Shown: positions 41,141 through 50,714 of the stretch, one piece after another | Numbering within the stretch: the first letter of the stretch is position 1 | Layout of the letters: every line of letters starts with the position of its first letter | Source: an uncultured Spirochaetota bacterium | GTDB taxonomy: Bacteria; Spirochaetota; Brevinematia; Brevinematales; JAOACQ01 | DNA: 64,000 bases | NCBI GenBank assembly: GCA_963768055.1 | Contig: CAVYGN010000002.1 | Span: 1,600,001-1,664,000, forward strand | Direction: 5' to 3' | Position numbers and translations under genes: made by a program | Notes under the pieces: generated by a model | The model's input: only the letters and a program-made list of their open reading frames with translations | Told to the model about the DNA's origin: nothing | Databases searched by the model: none

Positions 41141-43483
41141 TTAAAATTCAATCCTAAAACCTCCAAGAGGCATAATAGAAAAATCTTGTAATTCAGCCTG
41201 AGTTAGTTGCCCATTATTTATGGTGTAATAATATGATATGACATTGTTATAATTTAAAGCATTTAAAACTTCAACATAAAAATACATTTGAGCATATGGA
41301 CCAAAAAATCCTTTTAATAAACCACCTCCTAATGGGATTGTCAATTTTAAATCGAGCCTACAATACCACGGAGTATAAGTACTGTCATAAGCTCCGTAAT
41401 AAATTTCATACTGTGTAGAATTTGTGGCAGGAGTATAAGGTAATCCACTCATAGCTGTTAATTGGACTGTAAATTTCCATTCGTTTAGAAAATCGAAAAA
41501 TAAGGATTGGTCAGGGTTTTTATAATAAGTCATTTCAACAAGGATTGAGATTGTATGTGACCTCAAGTAATCCGGTACAAACCACTGGTCCAGTTGTTGA
41601 GAATAGGGTATATTAGGGTTATCAGGTGAACGATTCGTTATTTCCTCAAGGCCGTATACATAAGTATAAGAAATCCACCCAGAAAGCCAATCACCCTTCT
41701 TTGGCTTTTTTTGAAGGTAAATATCACCCCCGTAAACATTTCTTAGCCCATCATTATTATAATTTAATAAAGAATCTGTTTCATCAAGATCGTAATAATA
41801 CTTGTAGAAGCCTTCAATCCTTAACATATAATCATTATCCGAATAATCCACACCGGTAATAGCATGATAAACCTTCTCGCTTTGAAGATTTGGGTTGCCA
41901 ATATTACTGATCAAATAATTAAACTGGGGAAAATCATGATAAAAGCCTCCTCTTAAATACAAATCAAGTTCTTTTGTGCATTCCAGCTTAATCCCTCCCT
42001 GAGGGTCAAAGGCCGATTCTTTATTCAGGCTGAAATACTCCTCCCTGCCTCCGAGTTCTAGAATAATTGATGGAAAAATTTCCCAGTTATCCATTAGGTA
42101 AACTCCATAATAAGAGGATTGTGATGGGCCATATGAGTAATTAAAATTCTGGTAATTGGATAGGAACCAACCTTGTTGGTTATTGTAAAAATAGTTGTTA
42201 TACTGGTTGGTTTCACAATAAAATCCAGGGTTATCATAAATAATAATTCCGCCAATCTGGATTTTGTGACCCTCGATAGAATTCAAATAATAATCAGAAC
42301 TAAGCTGATACCAGGTATTGTTAAAATTAACGTTTCCAAATAAATACGGTTCTTGACTATAAGTATTGCTTCCGTTCTCAGAAGAATCACCAGCAACAAT
42401 ATCAAAAAAGTCCCCCGAATCGAAACGATGGCTATATTTCAAGCTCCCAATAAAGTTAAGTATCTGATATTGATAGCTTCCTTTAAATCCAGAAAGTACT
42501 TGAGGGTTATCATTGCCGTTCCCAAGGTCCCATTTTTCTCCTTCTAGTGAGAAATAAGCAACAATAGAAAGATTGTCGTAATGTGTAATATCCCAGCAGA
42601 ATTTTGATATACCATCCCATAGATAAGGCCATTCTTGGACCAAAGACCTCTGATTTGTCGGGAGGAAAAGTGGATAATACAGATCATAATAGGTTCTGCG
42701 CATATCAAAAGAGATAGTTAGATTTGATGTTATAGGGCCCTCCAAAAGCACTTCGGATTCTATCGGAGAAATATCGATGAAACCTTTCCATCTTTCTTTA
42801 CTCCCATTAATAGTATCAACAACTATTACACCGGAAAGACCCTGTCCAAACATGGAAGGGTAAGCAGCCGTGTAAAGATTTATGCTGTCAACAAAACTTG
42901 GATTGAACATGGATATTGTGTATATACCGCCACTCCACCTCGTTGGGTTCATGATATAAATCCCATCCATGTAAGCAATCCATTCAGTACTGTTACCACC
43001 TTGAATAAACATACTGCTGTCCATTGCACTACCCCCCGATGAAACACCCGGCATAAGCTGAAGGGTTTTAAAAGAATCATTTATAATACCCTGGGAATTG
43101 GCTTCAATTTCCTCTTTATTTACAGTATTTTCAGTATCTACCCTTCCACTATTTCTTTTTGATTCGATGTTAATCTCTCCTAAAGAATATACTGATGGTT
43201 TAAGGCATATTTCTATATTTAAATCCATGCCATTTATTTCTATAGTATTGGAGTATTTTTCATACCCGGCAAGCATTGCATAAATAGTGTATTTCCCAGT
43301 AGGTATATTTTTGAATATACAGATACCTTTTTCGTCAGTCAAGAGATTTGCATTGTTTTCAAGGATAGAAAGACTGGCGTCTTCAAGAGGGATCCTTCCG
43401 TTGTTAACTTGTACAGTCAGTTCCGCTGAAAAAGAGAGAACATAAATAAAGACTATTAATATTGTGGTCTTCAATCTTTGCAT
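41141..43483 (-). CDS. TonB-dependent receptor-like outer membrane protein
   Basis: Signal peptide, LQLMPGV...FIQGG plug, RRTYYDL, C-terminal GFRIEF; same architecture as 10770-13112. Confidence 0.85.
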   Translation of the reverse strand: MQRLKTTILIVFIYVLSFSAELTVQVNNGRIPLEDASLSILENNANLLTDEKGICIFKNIPTGKYTIYAMLAGYEKYSNTIEINGMDLNIEICLKPSVYSLGEINIESKRNSGRVDTENTVNKEEIEANSQGIINDSFKTLQLMPGVSSGGSAMDSSMFIQGGNSTEWIAYMDGIYIMNPTRWSGGIYTISMFNPSFVDSINLYTAAYPSMFGQGLSGVIVVDTINGSKERWKGFIDISPIESEVLLEGPITSNLTISFDMRRTYYDLYYPLFLPTNQRSLVQEWPYLWDGISKFCWDITHYDNLSIVAYFSLEGEKWDLGNGNDNPQVLSGFKGSYQYQILNFIGSLKYSHRFDSGDFFDIVAGDSSENGSNTYSQEPYLFGNVNFNNTWYQLSSDYYLNSIEGHKIQIGGIIIYDNPGFYCETNQYNNYFYNNQQGWFLSNYQNFNYSYGPSQSSYYGVYLMDNWEIFPSIILELGGREEYFSLNKESAFDPQGGIKLECTKELDLYLRGGFYHDFPQFNYLISNIGNPNLQSEKVYHAITGVDYSDNDYMLRIEGFYKYYYDLDETDSLLNYNNDGLRNVYGGDIYLQKKPKKGDWLSGWISYTYVYGLEEITNRSPDNPNIPYSQQLDQWFVPDYLRSHTISILVEMTYYKNPDQSLFFDFLNEWKFTVQLTAMSGLPYTPATNSTQYEIYYGAYDSTYTPWYCRLDLKLTIPLGGGLLKGFFGPYAQMYFYVEVLNALNYNNVISYYYTINNGQLTQAELQDFSIMPLGGFRIEF

Positions 43484-43608
43484 GTTGAAACTCCGAAGTG
43501 AACAATATATATTTCTATTCAGATAAAGAAGTTATTATTGACAATTAAAGGATAATTTCAAGGTTTACATCTCCGATATTGATAAATTGACAGGACAAGC
43601 GAACCAAG

Positions 43609-44220
43609 TCATAAATCAAATGTTTTTTTTGGCTTCAATTCGTATCCAAGTAAATAATCTGTTGTAACATTAAATAATTCGGCGAGTTTATAAATAATAT
43701 CGGAGGGTGGAGTTTTATCACCTACCTCATAGGATGTTATTGTAGTTCTGTTCAAATTAAGACGTTTTGCAACATCGTCTTGACTAAGATTGTAAAGTTT
43801 TCTTAAATATCTGATTCTGCTACCTGTTGAGATTTTTTTATTTTGACAAAATTCTACGCTTTTTATAGCCGATTCAATTGTGATAATTATATTATCAATG
43901 TTACCACCTTTTTCACAGTAACTTTGTATATCTAATGTATCTAGGGTTTTTAAACCAGGAGCTTCATTACCGTAACCTGTAAGTAATAAAATATAGATAT
44001 CTTTATTGAACTTTCTTATTTCGTTTACTACCCATATGCCATCATGTTCGTCTATACGGTGATCGAGAATTAATATATCATAAAATTCATTTTTAATTTT
44101 CTCTATACCTTCCAGCGAACTCATAACACCATCAATATAGTATTTATCAGATAAAAAAGCTTTTATAGTATTTATAATAGCCGGGTCATCATCAATTACA
44201 AGTATGCGTATACCGTTCAT
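43609..44220 (-). CDS. response regulator with C-terminal Xre/Cro-C1 HTH
   Basis: ILVIDDD, ILILD, LLTG, EK; RIRYLRK..LSQDDVA..L.L.RTTITSYE...FNVTTDYLLG. Confidence 0.92.
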   Translation of the reverse strand: MNGIRILVIDDDPAIINTIKAFLSDKYYIDGVMSSLEGIEKIKNEFYDILILDHRIDEHDGIWVVNEIRKFNKDIYILLLTGYGNEAPGLKTLDTLDIQSYCEKGGNIDNIIITIESAIKSVEFCQNKKISTGSRIRYLRKLYNLSQDDVAKRLNLNRTTITSYEVGDKTPPSDIIYKLAELFNVTTDYLLGYELKPKKTFDL

Positions 44221-45446
44221 ATGCTTGCCACTCCTTTTGGTATTTTTATATAAAAACTTGTATGGTTATCATATGAATCATACGAAATTACCCCATTAAA
44301 CCGCCCGCGTATAATAGTTTGTGCTATATAAAGACCAATTCCAGTGCCTTTATTTCCTTTCGAGGTGCACATATTCACAAATAATTTTTTCCTAATATCT
44401 TCTGGTATTGGATTCCCTTTATTAGTAATTGCAATTATCAATTCATTTTTATTTGCTGTGACAGTCAAATCTATTATTTTGTCATTAGAAGCTTCCATTC
44501 CGTTCGTCAGAATTGTGTTGCAAACTTGAACTAGAGAATCGATATCGCCATTTATTATATAGTTTTTGCATTCAATATTTGTTTTTAAAATAATTTCATG
44601 AACCTTCAGTTCATAGTCCATAAGTAGAAGTATACGCTCTATCAAATCATTTATATTAAAACTGTTAATCTCCTTTTCTTTTACCTCTACGGTTATTGCT
44701 TGACCTTTGACCGCATTTATCACATTAGTCATATAAATGTTGTTGTTATTTATGAGTACTTTCCAATATTCCATCTGTCTCATGAGTAAATCCATAACCT
44801 TAGGGTCAAATGAATTCTCTTTATACAATTGATTAATTTTAGAAATACACTCGTTAATTACCCGTATTCCAGCACTTGAAGTCATTAGAGGAGTTTTTAG
44901 ATTATGAGCCACCCCACCAATAATCTGACTTAAAAATATGAGACGTTCGTTTTCGATTATCTGCTTCTGCCTTTCCTCAATTGCTATTATATCCTGCATA
45001 AGAATATCTTGAGATTCTACAACACGCGAGAATTTCTTATCACTGCTCTGATTGCCATTTATTATTTCTTCCTCATTCAGCCATTTTAAGGCTTTATCAA
45101 CAGAATCAAAAATTTTAATGTCATATCTTTTGGCTACAGCAAATATATTTTGGGCAATGATACGTTGTTCAGGACTATTTACCACTGTAGCACTGCGGTA
45201 TATAATTTTTGCGTTTGGATTTTGCAATGATAGTGCGATTTTTATAGTTACATCCCGACCAAAATCCCATCCAAAATCCTGTACATCAGTTAAAACTTTA
45301 ACTTTACCATTTTGAGCACCAACTCGGCCTATTAGCTCATATAATTCTCTGTAGGCATCGTTCAGTTGGCCGAGTGACATGGTTGTTCGATATTTGAAAT
45401 ATATTATCCCATCATCCCTTAGATGGCAAAGTTTTAACTTTCCCAT
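44217..45446 (-). CDS. soluble sensor histidine kinase with SpoIIAA/STAS-like input domain
   Basis: H-box AHNLKTPL, N-box ILTNGMEA, G boxes NKG and GTGIGL; no TM helix; input domain ends IFDSVDKALKWL. Confidence 0.88.
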   Translation of the reverse strand: MGKLKLCHLRDDGIIYFKYRTTMSLGQLNDAYRELYELIGRVGAQNGKVKVLTDVQDFGWDFGRDVTIKIALSLQNPNAKIIYRSATVVNSPEQRIIAQNIFAVAKRYDIKIFDSVDKALKWLNEEEIINGNQSSDKKFSRVVESQDILMQDIIAIEERQKQIIENERLIFLSQIIGGVAHNLKTPLMTSSAGIRVINECISKINQLYKENSFDPKVMDLLMRQMEYWKVLINNNNIYMTNVINAVKGQAITVEVKEKEINSFNINDLIERILLLMDYELKVHEIILKTNIECKNYIINGDIDSLVQVCNTILTNGMEASNDKIIDLTVTANKNELIIAITNKGNPIPEDIRKKLFVNMCTSKGNKGTGIGLYIAQTIIRGRFNGVISYDSYDNHTSFYIKIPKGVASI

Positions 45447-45940
45447 TATAACTTTCCTTTTTTAACAAAACTTTCAGGGATTTTTGTTTTCAATAACTCG
45501 TATAGATCGGGGGCTTCTTTTTCTATTCTGACTGGTCGTTTAACAGAATTAAGCCATACATGTGAACTTATGGCGGTGACGACAAGTTCTGAACTTTTTG
45601 CTTTTTCTAAATCTTCGGGTTTTAGAGTATTTGCTCCTTGAATTATATCAAAATTAACTCGTCTAACCTCATACTCAAAAGAGAATCGAAGGCTCTGCAT
45701 GTCTTTTATTTGTGTAAATATAACTATGTTATCATCAAAAAAAGCAGGCTTTTTATACTGGATGGAAAGATCGGTCACGATTATGAATATTCCACGTTTT
45801 TCCATCTCTGCATACGAGAACCCGTACTGTTTAATTATACTTGATCTAGCCAGTTCCAACCATGGCAAATAACTACCGTGATAAACAATGTTCTGTGGGT
45901 CGCATTCGGGATAGCGGACATTTAAACAATAAGTAAACAT
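45446..45940 (-). CDS. hot-dog-fold acyl-CoA/ACP thioesterase (YbgC/4HBT family)
   Basis: VRYPECDPQNIVYHGSYL.W.E.AR, YKKPAFFDD. Confidence 0.9.
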   Translation of the reverse strand: MFTYCLNVRYPECDPQNIVYHGSYLPWLELARSSIIKQYGFSYAEMEKRGIFIIVTDLSIQYKKPAFFDDNIVIFTQIKDMQSLRFSFEYEVRRVNFDIIQGANTLKPEDLEKAKSSELVVTAISSHVWLNSVKRPVRIEKEAPDLYELLKTKIPESFVKKGKL

Positions 45941-46131
45941 TTTCACAACCTCACGATTTTTAAACACTTAATTATAACTTTTTTAATGAATATGTCTAAA
46001 AATTTCAACAAATTTGAAAAAATATTTTCAAATATTATTGACATTTAAAATAATGCAACATATTATATAATAATGTCTGTATTCATGGCATTTTTGCGAT
46101 AATTGTTATAATAATTTGCACAATTTAATTC

Positions 46132-46199
46132 AAAAAAGTACTTTAATACAAAAAAAGTACTTGAGTACTATTGACACTACACGATTTTATTTTTAAGAT
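46132..46199 (+). promoter_or_regulatory. promoter of the biosynthetic operon with upstream direct repeats
   Basis: AAAAAAGTACTT at 46132 and 46151, AGTACT at 46164, then TTGACA(46171)-17 bp-TAAGAT(46194); a second candidate TTGACA-17-TATTAT lies at 46038-46066. Confidence 0.6.
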
Positions 46200-46534
46200 G
46201 ATGACACTAAAAATTCTAAGCAGTTTATTTAAGAGTAAATTTATGAGAAAGTCCAGGCGATTGATTCAATTAAAGTGTTTTGATATTGAGATAATATTTA
46301 GGTTTAAAAAAATATAAGGAAAGATTTAAAAGTTTGTACAGCTAAACAAAAAGAAGTCAGGAAATATTTAATTTATTTAAACGTAAATTGAGTTTACTTG
46401 AGTTTGTTAAAAATGTAAAAAATCATTTGTATTGAAATGAGTTTGAATAATAGAATGTCAAGATCTTGGAAATGCAGATTCGATTTGACTAATTTTCCAT
46501 TATTTAAAGGTTAAAATATTTTGTGTGAGAAAAA

Positions 46535-47233
46535 ATGAAAAATAATCGTATTATTATTGGAATCATTGATAGTGGTGTCGACAGAAGGTTTATTATTGAA
46601 AATGGTGCTAAAATTAAAAAAGCGTCCGCATTTAATATAATACAAGAAAGCCGACTTGTAGAGTGTATTGAATATAGTAAAAAAGATATAAAAAAATGGC
46701 TAGCTGGAAAAATCGATCATATATCGGATGAACATGGCCATGGGACTTCTGTTCTTTCTATAATTTGGGGAATTTTACCCAATGCTGAATTCGTGGTTTC
46801 AAAGGTTCTTGACCATGAAAAAAAAGGATATTCGATATGCCTTGTAGAAGCGCTTCGTTGGATGATAGAAAAAACTGATGTCCTTATAATAAATATAAGC
46901 ATTACGACAAATGATACAAATATTAAGGATGATATGTTAAAACTTGTCAAAGAAGCAAAAAAGAAAGGTATAGTTATATATTCAGCGAAAGATAATGAAT
47001 ATAGTATACCTGCTTCTGTTGATGGTGTTGTTTCAGTAACTGATTTTTTAACAATAAATAAAGTCGGGCAATATTCTCTACTAAAATCGGACGTTGTAAT
47101 TGAAAAAAAGGAAGAATTAATTTGGTGGGAAGGCGAATGGATTCAAGATCCTATTAAACCAAGTTGGGCTTGTGCAGTAGCTGTTTCTAAAAAGTTTGAA
47201 ACTGGACATAATTTTAAAAAGAGATTTGTATGA
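46535..47233 (+). CDS. compact cytoplasmic S8 (subtilisin-like) peptidase
   Basis: IIDSG (Asp), DEHGHGT (His), IINIS, PSWAC (Ser); no signal peptide. Confidence 0.8.
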   Translation: MKNNRIIIGIIDSGVDRRFIIENGAKIKKASAFNIIQESRLVECIEYSKKDIKKWLAGKIDHISDEHGHGTSVLSIIWGILPNAEFVVSKVLDHEKKGYSICLVEALRWMIEKTDVLIINISITTNDTNIKDDMLKLVKEAKKKGIVIYSAKDNEYSIPASVDGVVSVTDFLTINKVGQYSLLKSDVVIEKKEELIWWEGEWIQDPIKPSWACAVAVSKKFETGHNFKKRFV

Positions 47234-49134
47234 AAAATAAAAATTTAAATTTACCATCTACATTCGTTTTAAAAAATTATACTTCTAAATATTATTTTGA
47301 TATTAATGCATTATTTTGGAACAGTTTATTCTCAGAAAAATATTTAACTAAAATTTTTCAAGAAATCAAACTTAGAAACAAAATAACAGATTTTGAGGAA
47401 ATTTATTTTGATTATCTTATTGTTAATATTTCAGCTATAAAAAGTATGATGTCTGATTGTTATGTCTATAAATATCTTGAAAAAAATGTCTATTTATGTT
47501 TTAAAGTATTCTATTTGATAGTAAACATATTTAACCTAATTAGTTCAGATCATAGAATTTCCTTGTCCTATGGAATATCTTACTTAAAAGATATCAGTAA
47601 TATTTCTTTAAGTATAAATAATATTTTTATAAATCAATTTTTTGATGATATACTGAATAACAGCTTTTTTGAAGATAATATTCAATATAATATAAATATT
47701 CATTGGGAAAATGAATTATATAGTTTAATTCTTTTATCTATTAAATTACGTGAAAAATTTAAAAATGTTAGAGTTATAGTGGATTTCAGTCAAGTAAATG
47801 AACAGGTAGATTTTACTCAATGGATTTCTAATAATAATATCAGACAATATATAGATAACTTTAATAATATATATCATGAAGATAATCATAAAATTATTAA
47901 TGCTAATTATCATATTGGTGACGTGTTTAAAACAAAAAATATAGGGACTAGATTATTCAATACAAAGTGTTATTGGAATAAATGTTCTTTTTGTACAATA
48001 AATTCAAGGCACAAATCTGATCATACTTTTAATTCATTAACAAAAGAAGCAAAAGAGATTGTTGATAGCTTTATTAAAAGTATTTTAAATTATAATGAAT
48101 TAATTTATATAACTTTTTCTGATGAAGCTATTGAAAGTTCAATATTATTATATTTTGCGGAGCAAATTATAAACCAAAACATTAATATAAAATGGATTGC
48201 AAGGACAAGATTTTCTAATATTTTTACTTATGAAAACTGTAAAACATTATCTCAATCTGGATTGAAAATGATTGGTTTGGGTCTAGAGTCTGTTAATCCG
48301 AGAATATTGAGTCTTATGAATAAAAGAGAAAAATTCTATGATACTCAAGAATTGAATCGTATTATTGGTAATTTCGACCAAAATAATGTAAGTGTACATA
48401 CATACTTTATTATTGGTTTCCCATCTGAAACGAAAAAAGAAACCAAGCAAACACTAAATTTCATTGATTATAATCTCAAAAAAAGAAAGTACTTTACATA
48501 TTCAGCTAATAGGTTTTATCTAATGAAAGGGTCGAAAATTTATAGTAATCCGAAGGAATTTGGAATTGAAATAATCGATAAAGGTGAAGATGTTAAAATA
48601 GGTAATATCAATTATATTGATCAAAATAAAGGTCATAAATACAGCAGAGAAGAAATATTATTTTTGTCTAAGAAAGCTTATTCGAAAATGTTTTTTAAAA
48701 AAGTTAATAACAATTATTTAATTATATTAGGATGTAATTTCTGGGATTTTATTGATAGAACAGCATTATTTTATATTCATAAATATTACAATGAATTGAA
48801 TCCTTATTTTAGAAGAAATAAAAAAAGGATAAAACTTCATGATGAAGATCTTGATTCATTTTATAAAATTATCAGCATTCCTATTTATAAATTAAATCCT
48901 TTGATATATTTTGATATTATTAATGATAGATATATTAGGATTAAAGAAATATTAAAAAATCTTTTTTATAAGTTTATTAATTCTTATAACACAAAATTAA
49001 CACTCAGACAGAATATTTATGAAATATTACAAAAATTAGATTATAAATGTTCTAATAAGCAAATTAATTTATTTAATAAAATGATAATTCAATTAATTGA
49101 TGATGCATACTTGTATAGGATTGAAAAATTGTAA
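47230..49134 (+). CDS. radical SAM protein, B12-dependent-class-like core
   Basis: CYWNKCSFC, FSDE, GLESVN.RIL.LM.K, IIGFPSET; overlaps the peptidase stop (ATGA). Confidence 0.85.
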   Translation: MKNKNLNLPSTFVLKNYTSKYYFDINALFWNSLFSEKYLTKIFQEIKLRNKITDFEEIYFDYLIVNISAIKSMMSDCYVYKYLEKNVYLCFKVFYLIVNIFNLISSDHRISLSYGISYLKDISNISLSINNIFINQFFDDILNNSFFEDNIQYNINIHWENELYSLILLSIKLREKFKNVRVIVDFSQVNEQVDFTQWISNNNIRQYIDNFNNIYHEDNHKIINANYHIGDVFKTKNIGTRLFNTKCYWNKCSFCTINSRHKSDHTFNSLTKEAKEIVDSFIKSILNYNELIYITFSDEAIESSILLYFAEQIINQNINIKWIARTRFSNIFTYENCKTLSQSGLKMIGLGLESVNPRILSLMNKREKFYDTQELNRIIGNFDQNNVSVHTYFIIGFPSETKKETKQTLNFIDYNLKKRKYFTYSANRFYLMKGSKIYSNPKEFGIEIIDKGEDVKIGNINYIDQNKGHKYSREEILFLSKKAYSKMFFKKVNNNYLIILGCNFWDFIDRTALFYIHKYYNELNPYFRRNKKRIKLHDEDLDSFYKIISIPIYKLNPLIYFDIINDRYIRIKEILKNLFYKFINSYNTKLTLRQNIYEILQKLDYKCSNKQINLFNKMIIQLIDDAYLYRIEKL

Positions 49135-49276
49135 CTTATATAATAATAAATAATAAAATTAAACGTAAAAACATATTAATTGACATTATGATTGAAAATT
49201 TTACAAACCTTATAAAGTTAAGATTTTTATTAATGAAATTCCCGGTTGGAGATAAAATAGGTAAAAAGGAGTATTT

Positions 49277-49516
49277 ATGAAGAAAAACCCTGTCAGGTTT
49301 TATGACATTCCTGAGTCATTAAAGGAAATTTATGCTCTTGGTTCTGGTAGCGGTAATAGTGGTTCTGTAGCAGGAGATTGTTGTTCTGTTACTAATACAA
49401 CTTCTACTTGTGGTTGTGTTGGCTGGATGGCAAGTGCTAATACAACTTGCCAGACTAATACTTTTTCCTCTGCATCATTCTTTAAGAAACCACCCGCAAA
49501 AAGAATAATTAAGTAA
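49277..49516 (+). CDS. putative RiPP precursor peptide (79 aa, 5 Cys, Ser/Thr/Gly-rich)
   Basis: AAGGAG RBS; charged leader, GS linker, core DCCSVTNTTSTCGCVGWMASANTTCQTNTF, basic tail; lies between radical SAM genes. Confidence 0.82.
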   Translation: MKKNPVRFYDIPESLKEIYALGSGSGNSGSVAGDCCSVTNTTSTCGCVGWMASANTTCQTNTFSSASFFKKPPAKRIIK

Positions 49517-49585
49517 TATCTTAAAACAATAATTTCAAGTTAATTATCTCCAGCTGGGAAAATTATATTAAAGAGAGAAAAGAAT

Positions 49586-50695
49586 ATGAAATATACAATA
49601 ATATTAACTCAAAAGTGCAATCTAGCATGTAAATACTGTTTTGAACATAATAAAGAGAATAATTATCTTAAAGAAAATATGATACCTTCAATCTTAGGAT
49701 TTATTAATTATTATCAAAATCAAGAATTTGTTTTAGATAAAAATATATCGATAGTTTTTAATGGCGGAGAACCACTTCTTAATTTTACAGTATTAAAAAA
49801 ATTACATATTGCTTTGGAAAAAATTGGTGTTAACGATTTTTCGATTTCTACAAATTTAACATTATTAACAGATGAAATTATTACTTATTTATATAATAAC
49901 AAGTTTATTTTACATATTAGCCTTGATGGAACTAAAGATATTCATAATAAAAACAGAATCTTCAAAGATGGAAAAGGAACATTTGATATTGTTTATAATA
50001 ATGTTGTGAAAATTAGGAAAAAATATCCTGATTGGAATAATTCATATAATATTACAATTTCTCCAGGCACTGTACATGATTTATATAATAGTTTTAGATT
50101 ATTAACAGATTTGGGTATAAGGAGAATTACAGCTGCATATTGTGCGGATTATGAAATGAATGAAAATAATATAGAAATATTCAAAAATGAAATGAGAAAA
50201 ATTAGTAAGGATTATATTGCTTTCTATGAAAATAATGAAAATATCTATTTTAAATTTTTAACCGATGGTATTTTATACACAATAAATAATAAAAAAGCAG
50301 CATGTGGAGTATGTAAGAGCGAAATTGCTATATTACCTTCAGGTGAAATATTGCCATGTGTGGTTTTTGTTGGACAAAATAATTATAGAGATTACATTTT
50401 AGGTACTTTGAATAGTTCATTGAATTATAATAAAATTAATATGCTTTTAGATAAGAAATTATTTAATTTGTCTGAATGTAATAATTGTAGTTTACTTCAA
50501 AGATGTTTTGTTGAATGTTATGCGGTAAACTTAAGAGTTATGGGGAATTTATTTGATATACCAGATTGCTATTGCCATATCAATCAGATTTGTTTACAAG
50601 AAGCTGAATATGTTATTAATGATTTATATAATAAAAAGAATAAACTATTTATTAATCAATATAATCTTAGCAAATTAAATAAAGAATCAATTTAA
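49586..50695 (+). CDS. radical SAM/SPASM peptide maturase
   Basis: CNLACKYC, FNGGEPLL, ISLDG, SPASM CG..GEILPC..CNNC.....CFVEC...CYC. Confidence 0.9.
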   Translation: MKYTIILTQKCNLACKYCFEHNKENNYLKENMIPSILGFINYYQNQEFVLDKNISIVFNGGEPLLNFTVLKKLHIALEKIGVNDFSISTNLTLLTDEIITYLYNNKFILHISLDGTKDIHNKNRIFKDGKGTFDIVYNNVVKIRKKYPDWNNSYNITISPGTVHDLYNSFRLLTDLGIRRITAAYCADYEMNENNIEIFKNEMRKISKDYIAFYENNENIYFKFLTDGILYTINNKKAACGVCKSEIAILPSGEILPCVVFVGQNNYRDYILGTLNSSLNYNKINMLLDKKLFNLSECNNCSLLQRCFVECYAVNLRVMGNLFDIPDCYCHINQICLQEAEYVINDLYNKKNKLFINQYNLSKLNKESI

Positions 50696-50714
50696 AATTA
50701 ATTGGGGAAATAAT

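Noticed and set aside
49180..49224. Dedicated promoter for the precursor gene
   Set aside because: TTGACA at 49180 has no good -10 hexamer at 16-18 bp
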